Source: the human T2T-CHM13v2.0 reference genome, Homo sapiens
Strand: one strand, 5' to 3'
Length of the DNA: 64,000 nt
NCBI RefSeq assembly: GCF_009914755.1
Contig: NC_060937.1
The notes under the pieces are model-generated. The model was not told where the DNA came from and ran no database searches. It was given only the letters and a program-made list of their open reading frames with translations. Shown piece by piece: positions 47,136 through 62,976 of the stretch. Both the position numbers and the translations under genes were made by a program. Each line of letters begins with the position of its first letter. Position 1 is the stretch's first letter.

Positions 47136-49179
47136 ATTCTGTGTGTCGGGAGCATCTCTGGTGACTTGGCAGCCACTCTCCTTGTTCCCATTTGCCTTGC
47201 TCACCCTGGCCCCCACCCCACTCCATCCTCTCCTTCCATCTGATTTGCAACCACTACCCTTTATGGGCTCAGGGTAGATGCCATTTCCTGCAAAGCCTTT
47301 TCTGACTCCACAAATCTGGGTGTCTCGTAGAAGGGACTTTCTATGCTGCCTGCTCTCCCCACAGGGCGCGGTCACATGCACAGGCTGTGCCTGCCAGCTT
47401 GGCTGAGAGGCCACACATTCTGGGAAGGTGAGACACACTGAGCTATGCATGGCAGTCTCCCCTGACCTTGGCAGCATCTGCCATGCATGATGGGTTCCAT
47501 AAATATTTGCTGAATCAATGAGCAGATTGATCTATCTTGAGGTCATCCCTTGAGAAGAGGATGTTTGGGGGTTCTGTCTGGAGTTTCTTATCGCTGTGAG
47601 TCTGTGGGCTTTCCAGCCTTGCTGCCACTGCTCCTTCCAAGTGCTGACAAACCTACCTCCCTCCCTGTGTTGCCCATTCAGAACTCACGACTCAGCCACA
47701 CCCCACGCAGTGCAGGTACGCTGACCGTGGAATTTACTGCCTGAGCTAAGGGAGTTGTGAGTATGAAAAGGAGCACTATTAATAATTGATTCAGGGTGAA
47801 AAGCTTACATTTGAACTGCGCTATCTCAGGAGACCCAGGACATAGGATCATCAGCCCAAGTGCGGAGCATCCCTGCATGGCTGCCCTCCCGGCTCACAAG
47901 CCCTCTGCTGATGGCTTCTTCAGGACAGATGTCCATCCTTGGTCCAGCCCGCAGTCGTCAGGCTGACAGAGCCAGCAGGTGTAAAGCATCCCAGCCCACA
48001 ACTAGGAGAGGGCATGGCATGGACTCAGAGGACCCTCAGCAGGTGTCAGCACAACTGGCAGGCATCCAGCACGGGCTGCGCCTATGAAACGTGTGCTGAG
48101 CTTGCTCACCGAGTAAGACCGCACGGGCCCCATCCAGTTAAACTCCCTGGAGCGTGGGGAGAGGAGGACCACGTCTGGGAAGGCAACATTTCTGAGGGAC
48201 TCCTCCAGAAGGCGCCACTCCTCTGAAGATGACAGTTTCAGGGTGCCATCTGCAAATGAGCATTGGAGTAGCTGGGGGCTCACCTCACAGGAGAGGGCTG
48301 ACCACGGCTGGAGGGGCTGAGGGCCTATGGGAGCAGAGCACTGGCTGGCAAGGGGGAGCTGGGGAGAGGAAGAAAATGGGCCTCTCCTCTTTGGCATGTT
48401 GTCTACCAGTTCCATGCCCAGAAACAGGGCGAAGAGTCTCTTGGTCTGTTTAGCTCCTCTTCTGCCGCACTGAGTGGCCTCTAACCCCAGGTCCTAGCAC
48501 TTAGGATTGGGCCATTCAACTGTGCATTAAAAAGCAGCCTGGAGACCAAATCAACTTTTATTACCTTGTTTGTCTGGGAAAATCTGTTCCAAATTCCAAA
48601 GAACAGACTTAAACATGAGCTGCGGGACACAACCCATGTGTAAGTTGGAGCTGTCTGGAGAAGAGAGCACTGATCTGACCGCAGTGAAGAACACAATCTG
48701 GCATAATCTGTGCCTACAGCAATGGGAATCACTAGTGTTATAAATAAAACAGGAACAAGAATTATTACATGAAAGACTTTAGAGGAAAAAATGTTCCTTT
48801 TTGAAAAACAACATCCATCTGTGCAATGGTAAGAGGTACTTAGCGATCATTCAATTAGAAGCAAAATAAAGACTAAAGAGGTAAGGCCAGCATTCCCAAG
48901 GAAAGCTAATTATAAAGGCTTTAAGCTGATGAACTTTAGATCAAAGCTCTGAGTCCTCTGATAAGATCGTGTACTCATTAATAGAACACAGTGTCATCAG
49001 CTTATTTTTAGCCCAGGAACCGGAATATTCTCAGCATCACATGATCACATTGTGACACAGGTGCCCCAAAATTCGGGCAGGTTTTGTTTTTCTCTCCTTG
49101 GGAGCAAAGTGCTAGGTTTGTTTGAGAATAAGAACTCCTCCTATAAATAGCAATTCCTCTTTTTCCCAGATCTGAGACC

Positions 49180-49551
<372 letters not shown>

Positions 49552-49611
49552 GAGACCGTATTTTTATTGTATATACAGAAAGCCATGTAGGATTAAACAG
49601 GGCCCTTTTAC

Positions 49612-49758
49612 TTTTATTTATTCATTTTTTTTTATTTTTGTGAAGACAGGGTCTCACTGTGTTGACCAGGCTGGACTTGAACTCCTGTCCTCAAGTGATC
49701 CTCACACCTTGACCTCCCAAAGCGCTGGGATTACAGGTGTGAGCCACCACACCCAGCC
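49612..49758 (-). mobile_element. FLAM-type Alu left monomer
   Basis: Antisense left arm. Diverged TSD aaacagggcccttt / aaacaaggccattt. Confidence 0.85.
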
Positions 49759-49879
49759 AAACAAGGCCATTTTAAGTTTAAGAATACATAAAATTCCTTC
49801 ACTTATCTATTTAAACATAAACTTTAAGAATACAAACTTCACCACACTGTATGTTTAAGAAGCACTTAGGAGTTTTCTT

Positions 49880-50322
49880 GAGCTGTGGTAGTAAGTTACC
49901 ACACACTTGGTGCCCTGTTTAAGGACAGTGCTAGAGGTCAGAAGTTCAACGTGGGTCCCACTGGCTAAGACAGAGGTGTCGTCAGGGTTGGCTCTTTCCG
50001 GGCTCAATGGCTGAGTGGGTCCCTGGCTTGGCAATTCCGGAAGCAGCCCAGTCCTTGGCTCACAGCCCCTCCCTCCATCTTCAAAGCAGCCCTGGGCCTC
50101 TCACATGCTGGGCTTGGGTTTCCCAGCATGAGGTCTCTGCCATGGTAAGGTGTCATGTGATGACAGTGGGCCTCCTGGACCATCCAGAACGACCCCCCAC
50201 CCCAGCATCCTGACCATCATCGCACCAGCATGGTGCCTTTGCCATGTGGGTGCACAGATTCAGAATCTCCAAGGATCCAGGTGTGGACATCCTGGAGGGC
50301 CATTATCCTGCCCAACCCAACC
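49880..50322 (-). mobile_element. MLT1D-like LTR
   Basis: 'ttaccacacacttggtg', 'gaggtcagaagttcaa', 'tccttggctcacagcccctccctccatcttcaaagcagc' and 'tgtggacatcctggagggccattatcctgcc'. Confidence 0.75.
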
Positions 50323-50360
50323 ACTATATGATTTCTGCTTTGTCCTCCTCCCCTACCTGA

Positions 50361-50780
<420 letters not shown>

Positions 50781-52009
50781 TTAATTTCAAGGAATCGGTC
50801 AACTTGTCTATGATCTTGCATACTGTGGCAGAAGAAAAACACCTAATTCCGCTACTGCTGTATTTTTTACATGAAAGATTAAGAGTAGTTTTATACAGGA
50901 AATCTTAGAGTTGATGGGACCCAGGAAAGAATCCAATGGTCCGTTATTACAGAATCCTGAAAGCCTGTGTTCGCGGGCTTCCTACGCAGTGGCCCACTCT
51001 GGCCTGGCCCTGCCAGCATCCCTTGCACATGCACACTCACCCTCACTGAATTCTCTCTCTTTCATGCTTCCTTTCCTTCTGTCTCTGCCAGTGCCCAACC
51101 TGATGCTTTCTAGAAGGCAGTGCTGAGTCCCACCCAGTCTGGTGGCATTTATTTCTCCAGCTGATTCTATCCACCATGATTTTAACAACCCTTCATGGAA
51201 TAGCAGCACCGAATCCTGATCTTTAACCCAATGCTCTCCCTAGATCTCCACAGAGAACTGGCAAGTGTCTATTAGCCATGTATGCACCCTGAACTCCTTC
51301 AGTGCCTAATAGGTCCAAATAAGACTTCTTCTCTAATAGAAAATCCGCCCTAAGTTTTGTATAAAAATGTCATCATACACTCAAACGTAACAAATGCAGA
51401 AACCCTGCTGTCAACACGGATCCTTCTCTCTCCTAAAATAAACACTTATAATAGGGTGCCCAATCTACCCATTCTAAGGAATGTCTTTCACATCCTGCCT
51501 TTCTTTTCCTTGAAACACCTTAAGACATGAACAAAGTGGACACATGAAGAAATAAAGCACTCTTTGCTTTCCTAGACAGTGTTTAAACACATCATCTGTC
51601 CGAGGTACAAGGGTGGAATTCCCTTATGGTTGTTATAATGCAATTGCCTGTCATGCTTATGAAGTTCTACAGAATGAAAGTTTCCAAGATATATCAATGG
51701 CAACATGCTATCAAAATGCCATTGCTACTGCTGTGGTGTTTTCCTGTTGACAGGAATAATTATGGCAGCATGTTTTTACATGGTTTTAAATGGGATCTTT
51801 GGAAAAATCAGTAGTAAATGAAGTAGTAGAGTATCATGAGTGGTGTTTCCATAAAATTTCTGCCATCAAAACAACTGATGGCTTTTTTTATTTGTAAAAA
51901 TATCTTTATCCATAAGGCATTTGAAATGGCTCAATAAACGAACTCTCTGCTTATACAAACCAGCATGCATTTTCATACCCATCCAACAATTAAATACCAT
52001 TGAGCATTG

Positions 52010-52480
52010 AATATTTTGGTCGCTCACTAAATCATTCCTGCTTTAGATGCTCTCTGTACATGACTTTATACACATCCCGTCCTTTAAGGCTACAATCCCA
52101 TTAAAATTTCCATGGCTGTTCCTATATCCATCCTTGGCTTGGCAACCCATTTTATGGAAATCAACTTGGATTTGCTACCAACAGGCTTTTATAACCTGAT
52201 GTAAATTAGCCACAGTTGTCTCTTCAACATTGAAAAAAAAAGTCTCATTAATTAAGATAGATTTTGGCACTTTCTGTGGATAGCTCATATAAGTTGACAG
52301 TTGCTCTTTCATCAGACTTTTAGTTATCTTATTACATTCCTTCATTTTAGCATGTTGAGTAATCTGAGACACTGCTAATTTCATCCTGAGGTGTTGTAAT
52401 AGTTTGTTCTTATCACATTTATTTCATTTTGAATTTGTTTTTATTTTTCCTTCTGAATCCTACTCAGCTGTCTCTATTTC
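52010..52480 (-). pseudogene. Decayed ZMYM1-like hAT-transposase-derived coding fragment
   Basis: Minus-strand translation with frameshifts: QIQNEINVIRT-LLQH-QDEISSVSDYSTC...CNKITKSLMKEQLSTYMSYPQKVPKSILINETFFFNVEETTVANLHQVIKACW*QIQVDFHKMGCQAKDG..N..GNFNGIVA. This is collinear with the ZMYM1 C-terminal hAT domain as I recall it. Confidence 0.7.
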
Positions 52481-52653
52481 TTATATTTCAGATCATGTTC
52501 TACCTCAGATTCCTGTTTATATTGCTCGAGAATATCTGTGTGTTTAAGTTTTTACATATAGCACGTGTAGGTGGAAAACCGGCATGTGTTAAAAATGTTT
52601 TTATTTTGCCCTAACACTTTGTTAGATATTGGCATAGCATAGAATTCTAGGTT

Positions 52654-52955
52654 TGTCTTAGTTCATTTTGGATGCTATAACAAAATCCCGTAAGCCACAG
52701 TTCTGGGGACTGGAAGTCCAAGATCAAGGCACTGGTGAGGACTACGCCCTGTTCATACAAGGCCATCTTTCTACAGAGTCCTCACATGATGGAAGCGGGG
52801 AGGGAGCTCTCTGGGGCCTCTTCAATCCATTCAGGAGGGTTCCACCCTTAAGACCCAGTCATCTCCCAGAGATTCCACCTCCAAATGTCATCACCTTGGA
52901 GATAAGGATTTCAACATAGGAATTTCATGGAGGCACAAATATTCAGACCAATGCA
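52654..52955 (-). mobile_element. MLT1A-type MaLR solo LTR (internally deleted)
   Basis: TG...CA ends with a 5-bp TSD aggtt (52649-52653 / 52956-52960). Confidence 0.88.
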
Positions 52956-53059
52956 AGGTTGAAGTTCATCTTTCTCAAAACTTGGATTAAAAAGTCCTTG
53001 CTTCAGGGACTTCATGCTCTCTGCTGTCTCTGCCAAGAACATTCTGGAGTCTGCAGGCT

Positions 53060-53360
53060 GATCTCCTTCCAGCCTCCTTTCCTCCTGTGAATTTTCATTC
53101 AAAGCTAGCTTCTGAGACAGTCCTTGCCTGGACACCTCTCCACACTGCCGCCTCTCTCCCTACTCGATGTATCATTTCTCCTTTACGTGCTTTATTTTTC
53201 TCTCTTAAGCCTTTAACACCATCTAACACTCACTGTATTTTACTTGTCCATCTTGTTTGTTGCTGGTCCTCTCACAGTAGAATCTAAGCTTCGTGAAGGC
53301 AGGGACCTTTGTCCAGAACTGTGGTTGGCTCGTAGAACACACTGAGGATGTATCTGCTGA
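53060..53360 (+). mobile_element. L2 3' end
   Basis: 'tgctttatttttctc...tagaatctaagcttcgtgaaggcagggacctttgtc'. Confidence 0.7.
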
Positions 53361-53458
53361 TTGGTGAAGTCAACTCTGAAGCCACCACCCTGTGGTCTGG
53401 CAGCATCGTCTGCCAGATGATGGGGGGTCTGGTGTTTCTGCCTGCCTTGTCCCTTCTT

Positions 53459-53528
53459 TTTTTTTATTTTTTTAATTTTTATTTATTTATTTTTTGAGAC
53501 GGAGCCTTGCTCTGTCGCCCAGGCTGGA
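53459..53528 (-). mobile_element. Extremely 5'-truncated Alu (~35 nt of body plus tail)
   Basis: Perfect TSD gccttgtcccttctt at 53444-53458 / 53529-53543. Confidence 0.92.
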
Positions 53529-53761
53529 GCCTTGTCCCTTCTTATATAACCTGGTGCTTGTTTATACTTTATTCACTCTGTAAGTTTTGGGGGTTCTGTC
53601 TCCATCTTTGCTCTTCTAAAATACATGTTATGTTTCCAAGAATGGCTCTGTATTCGTAAATGATTCTGCTTAGCCATTAACTCGTTTATCAAAACTTGAA
53701 TGATCCGCGGCTCAAGGACATGAATTGCCTGTGATTTCTTTGATCTACTCTTAACTTCACT

Positions 53762-54059
<298 letters not shown>

Positions 54060-54985
54060 AACTTCACTCTTATTTCTGAAAGTCTTGAATCTATTTTTCA
54101 TATCTTTACTGTATCTGTTAATTCCCTTCCTTTTATTCTATAAGCTGAATTTTTCTCAACATTATTTTCCAGCTCACGGCTGGTTCATCCATCGCATCCA
54201 TTCTGTGACTTCTGCGTGCATCCAGAAAGGTTTAATTTTAGCATATTTAATAAGAACTCTTTTTTTGTTCTCAGACAGCTCCTCTTTCAAGGCAACTTAT
54301 TCATGTTTTATGAAGGAATTATCCTCTCACTGCTCACTAAACACTAATTAGAACATTTTAAATTCGTTTCTGTTCTGCGAATTGCTGCTGCTCTCAATGG
54401 TTAGTTGCTTTGCTTCACGGTCTTGATTGTTCTTTTTCATGCTCTTCATTTTTGCAAATATCTGGTGACTCTTGTTTTTCTTAGAGTTTTGAATGAGAAA
54501 CTCCACTCTTGCTTCTGTGCTTTGGTGGTGGTGTGGATCTGTACCCCCGGTGGGTCTCCACAGCGCCTGAACCTCTGTGAATTCGGGAAGCCACTCGGAG
54601 AATGGATAAGAGGAACCTGCCAGAATAACAATGGCCCATACTAGCCATTCTAAGATACAATTCACTCTGGGACATGATCACTCAGTGTATTTCTGTCCTA
54701 AAAAGAGCTGCTTTTCTTTCAAAAAATAATCTCTCTCCCCTTTCTTCTGCAGGGAACTGGGGTTACTGGACGTTGCATTCTACTTCTCAGGGTCCTTTCT
54801 AGCCATGCGGTTTGCTTTCTTTAGAGAATGGTTCTCAGCCTTTAGCTAAAGGTTTTAAAGAAGGCCTTAAGGAGTAACTGTACTAAGTAAAGTACTTTGA
54901 AGCTAATTATTTCTAGTATTTGCATATTTAATTCAGAAAGTGAAACTTCCCTGAGACCCTCCTGGCAAGCTCCGGCGTTGCAGTT

Positions 54986-55051
54986 CCCTCTGCCCTCCCT
55001 TCCCCACCCCTCTAATCCCCCTCTGCCCTCCCTTCCCCACCCCTCTAATCC
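54986..55051. repeat. Perfect 33-bp tandem duplication, C-rich (G4-prone minus strand)
   Basis: ccctctgccctcccttccccacccctctaatcc x2. Confidence 0.95.
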
Positions 55052-56664
55052 CCGTGCCTTCTGTCTTGCAGGAATTCCTCACGATGTCTTGCCTATGAAA
55101 ATCTCCTGTCTTATTTTCTACTGCATTGTTATGGTTTTATTCCTTCTTAGGAGTATTTTTTTTCTGTCATTCAAACTGGTGATTGACAAGAGAAGGAGAG
55201 GGTAGACCAAATTTTTCCATTATTGAACATTAATTGACAGAACAAACAAGCCTGAAAAATAAATGTATAATCTTCATATTCTAGCCATTGAAAGTTCAAT
55301 AAGGGGCTCTGCAACGTCACAATTTTCCTTAAACTTTTGAAATTCTTTCTGGACATATTTTTCTGAACTTTAGAGCAATGTACAGGATTCGAGAGTCTAA
55401 ATACATCACTCTCCGCACACAGGAGCAGCAGATGCTCTGTGGTTAATGATTCATGGGGAATTACTCAGCCAGGCCACACAATTACAATTAATAACATCAT
55501 CTGACTTCTAGGTGAACACTTAGTATTTTGTTGTTTAAAAAAGAAAAACAACAAAGAATTTGTTTTGACTTTATTTCCAAATAACAATATGTACCAAGAA
55601 GTAACCATAACAATTAGAGCAGAGATGTGAAAAGACAGCGCAAACGTGCCTCCCACGCCTTGCAAAGCTATTCAGGCCGTGACATTAGCAAGCAGGTCTG
55701 GGCCCGAACGTCAGCCAGGCAGAATGGTGTCATCACCAAACAAGGTAGACCCATGTGCTTCTTGAAAAACCAACCCAGAATTTCTATTTCTCAATTTCTA
55801 TTTCATAATTTCATATTTCTATTTCCCATTCTATCAACAATGCTGTTAAATATTCAGATACTTAACTTGCAAGTCGAGCAAACTTACCTTACATGAATTC
55901 CTCTAAAAAGCTGCCACTTCTTTCCCCCCTCACTCTACCCATCAAATTGCTGATCATCGGATTCCTTTCATCCTGAACACGCTAAACTAAAAAAGTGAAG
56001 GGTTCAAAGAGACCCAAAGAAGCAAGTGTGTGCAACGTGTGCACGCATGTGTGTCTGCAACAGTTGTTCACCGTCCATCGTCAGTTGGTAGTACAAAAAC
56101 ATTGGAAAGATGATGATTCTGTTAATTAAAAAAAAAATAGTCTCTTTTCTTCAGGTAGCTCAAAGACTTCCATTTCAATTCACACCTCCAGAAAAGTTAG
56201 AATCCCAGCAGATGTAAGTAGGATGTTTGGAAACTTCACGCAAATCAACATGAGAGATGCTGATGCCTACAGAGGTCAAATCCTGCATTCTTCTCCTGAC
56301 ATAAAGAAACGCCTACCAGAATGATCACATTATCCACTCCCATCGTTTGCAGGTAAGTTAGCAGAAGTGGAGTCACCTTTTCCTACTTCTGAGGGAGTTT
56401 AGTATTTTCTTTTTTATTTTTTCTGAGTATGATCAATGGCTAATGACATTTTTATGCTAATACTTTATAGTTGAATTGTGGCTGTCCTAAAGAATGTTTT
56501 CTATTTTAAATTTCCTGTGTAACGGGGGTATAGATCTAATTTTTAGAAATGTCTCCCTTTATATTTTGGTCAAACAAGTAACACAATATTAATTTCAGTG
56601 GAAAATAATAATTCAAAATACAGAGATGAGAAGTAAGAAAAAAAGATAACAAAAATTCACAATC

Positions 56665-56932
56665 CAGCCATTGCCCCTCTCCCTCTTTTCCCCTTTTGCA
56701 TCCCAGTGTCTGTTATTTCCATCTGTATGTCCACGGGTACCCACTGTTTAGCTCCCACTAGTAAGTGAGAGCATGTGGTATTTGATTTTCTGATTCTGCA
56801 TTAATCCTATGGGTACTATGTTCACTATTCGGGTGATGAGTTCAAGAAAAGCCCAAACTGCAGCATTACACAATATATCCATGCAACAAACTGGCACAGG
56901 TACCCCCTGCATCTAAGATTAAAAATAAAAAG
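56665..56932 (+). mobile_element. Short L1PB-like 3' end with a 5' inversion (56665-56805 antisense, 56806-56932 sense)
   Basis: Antisense 'tttagctcccactagtaagtgagagcatg' joined to sense 'ctatgggtactatgttcactattcgggtgatg...taccccctgcatctaag' plus an A-tail. Confidence 0.85.
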
Positions 56933-59875
56933 TAAGATTCTATGACCCAGAGATGATCACTGTTAGCATTGTGTGTATGATCCTCAGGACTATGTGTGTG
57001 TGAGTGTGTGTATGTGCACACACAAAAAATAGTCGGGCACCTGCACACACTGTGCTCAAGGCCATACTCACAGTGCTGCGTTCAGCGCCTACGAAAGCCC
57101 TGAGGGCGGGAAGGACGGCGCAGTGAGGAAGCTGGTCTCGGGCAGGTTTCTATCAGTCAGGACCTGGGGTGTTTCACCAGCTCCAGCGTCCTGGCTGGAC
57201 TCTCCCTTCTGACATTGCCACTCCCTCTACTCCTGAGGAAAAGCCAGTGCCGTCCTTCCTAGAATCTCCTTCCTCGTTTGGTTCCAGGCAAGAGTCCACC
57301 AAGGAGGTGCTGGAGTGAGCTGGAGAGAGAGGCCTTCCCTCCTCATAGGCTGCTGCAGGCAGATGGGTTTTCTGTTTGCAGACCAACTCTGCCTGGATGA
57401 CGGCCCCCAGGACTGCGTGGGTTAGGGTATCCTTTCCCTTTTGCTGTTTCCTGGGTAATATTTGCTGACAAAACACCCAGGACATCAGAAGCAGGGGCTG
57501 GGAGAGACGCGATGGTGGGCAGAGGATGGAAGGGGAAGGAAGGGGGACCAGGCAGGCCTACGGCTTGCTGAGGGATGGGGTGCCCTCCCGCCAGCCACTG
57601 AACCAGGTGCCCACACATTCTGTCTCATTCTGTCCTCTCAACACATGTCAGGGAGGAGGAATAATCCTGCTTGGTAAATGGAAAACCCATGAGTACGTCT
57701 AATCAGCCAGAGGCCACGAGCTAACACGCATCAGAGCTAGCCATGCATTTGGCCCTCAGGAACCCACTCTTACAGAGAAAGAAAGGTGGGTGTCATTGTC
57801 TGGAGGTGAAGACGATGGCCGCAGAATTTCAGGGCTACATGGAGGTGCGTGTAAAAGGGAAAAGCAATGTTTCAGAAGGAATGGAAGGGGAAGAATTCAA
57901 GCCTGCAAAGGAGGCACTCATTAATGAGAGAGTGTCCAGAACAACATCTAGCGCCAGTCCCAGAAGAAACCCACAGGAGGTACCTGGTGAGGGAGCCTCT
58001 AGCACAAAGATCTTCAGCCTCCGAAGGGTGGACCAGCCCCTTCTGTGGGTCTTGACCCCAAGTGCTCTGAGAAGGAGAGACTTAAATGTTTGGTGCCTAA
58101 ACTCAATGTAGCATCTGAAGGAGCCATATTAGCATAAGGTGTTCTAGAAGATATGGCTAAGCCTAATGCTGGGTTAAGGTTTACCTTTTCCTAAATGTAT
58201 CCCCCTTGAATTTGAATATCGATGTGTCTGAATTTTTTCTCTTCATTTTTGTAGTTCTGTAATAATTTGAGTCTTTTTCCTGAAAATTAGCTTCTGAGCC
58301 TGTTTTCATCCTCACCAATGTCCAGGCGTTTGCTGTCTCCTAGCTAGGTAATATTTCTGCGATTCCTCTCCCAAGACCATAAAGCCACAAATGGGAAACT
58401 TCTGCTAATAAATGAATCCGTCTTCCAAAGGATGGAGCAGGTCCCAAGAGGAGCTTGATCACTATAGCTGTGAAAAGGGAACCCGATTTTTTCAGGTGTC
58501 AATTGCCAGTATCCCAAAAGACACAAGACGGGGTGACACGCTGTTGCATGTTCTGTTGACCTCTTGTGCCGGGTGTCTGTGTCGGCGAAGGGTCTGTCTG
58601 CCCATTTGCCCAAGTGCCTCTTCCTCTGAGAGCCTTGCCATACTTTTTTCTGCTTTCCTATCTCTTTATTATACTCCTCGTTTTCTTTCTATCTGGTCAT
58701 ACTGCAGAACTGAGGTATAGTTGTATTAATTTTAGCTCGGTCTTTGTTTCCTAGTCTTAATTTAAATTGATGATGACTAGAACACTTAATTTGCTTTTCT
58801 ATAAAGTAAACAAAAGGAAGTCGCTTTTCATTAAACAGCACTAATTGGCTTTCCCTGCAGTAGAAAAGAAGCTTTCCTGCCGCTGGCATGTGGCCTGTGA
58901 TGAAGACTACTAGGCCCATTGTCGTTTGTGCCTATGCACAGCCTGAGTCCAAGGCACCCTTCCAAGGAGAGCCTCCTGGTGGACGACAAGACCTTGGGCC
59001 TTCTAGCAAATGAAAGAATGGCTGCCATTGTCCAGGTGATGCACGGGGCACTGCTGACCTGGGTTTCTCATAAGGAGAACTCTGGTCTCTGATATTGTGA
59101 GCCGGTAAAAAAGATTTCAGTGTTCTGTGTGCAAAAATGGTTATCACTTCTGTTGGTGTTAAAATAAATAAATAAATAAATAAAATAAAATAGATGCAAA
59201 GGTGTTTACTGGCAATGCCAAAAGATTATAAGTCAATAAATTTCCTTGTGTTTATACATCTTCCAAGAATCTCATTACTAATAGATTCATAGACAAAAAT
59301 TCACACAGCATCCACCTTCTGACTGACAGCTGCTGAGGTATTCATCTTTGATTAACAATTCAAGACAAAGTTTTCAAATAACACTTCAGAGGTGACTCTG
59401 AAAAACAGTTGTTGGTACACTGTAAAGCAAGGGGGGAGGGGAAAATGTGACTTCACTTTAGCTTTTAACTTAGCATAAATTACACAACCCTCACACTGTG
59501 GTAGTGGGTAGTGGGATAGAGGGTGCTTCAATGCCTTAAGATAAGCATGGAACAGCTCTCTGGAACATCTGTTTTTTACTTAAAAATATTGAGGGAAAAC
59601 TTAAGTTTCTATTTTTAAAGCCTGGCTATATTATGGCATAGGACATAGCATCAGCATTATAAGATAAAACCTAGAGTTCAAGTAAATTCTCTCTTTATTG
59701 CAGAGAACTTCAGACAGAAACATACCCACGCACCCTCCCCCATGCCTAGATGTGTGTGTATATACCGTTAACACAGCCCATAAACACACAGCACTGCCCT
59801 AATCCTCACAAGCATCTCAAATGCTTCTTCTGTGGGTTTCTTTTCTTTTCTTTTCTTTTTTAGTGTTAAGATAAC

Positions 59876-62976
<3,101 letters not shown>

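Noticed and set aside
51862-51889. Hairpin followed by a T-run resembling a bacterial intrinsic terminator (gccatca-aaacaac-tgatggc-ttttttt)
   Set aside because: The context is primate DNA and a 7-bp stem is expected by chance.
57743-58111. 122-aa ATG-initiated ORF
   Set aside because: No domain, splice or promoter support; within chance expectation.
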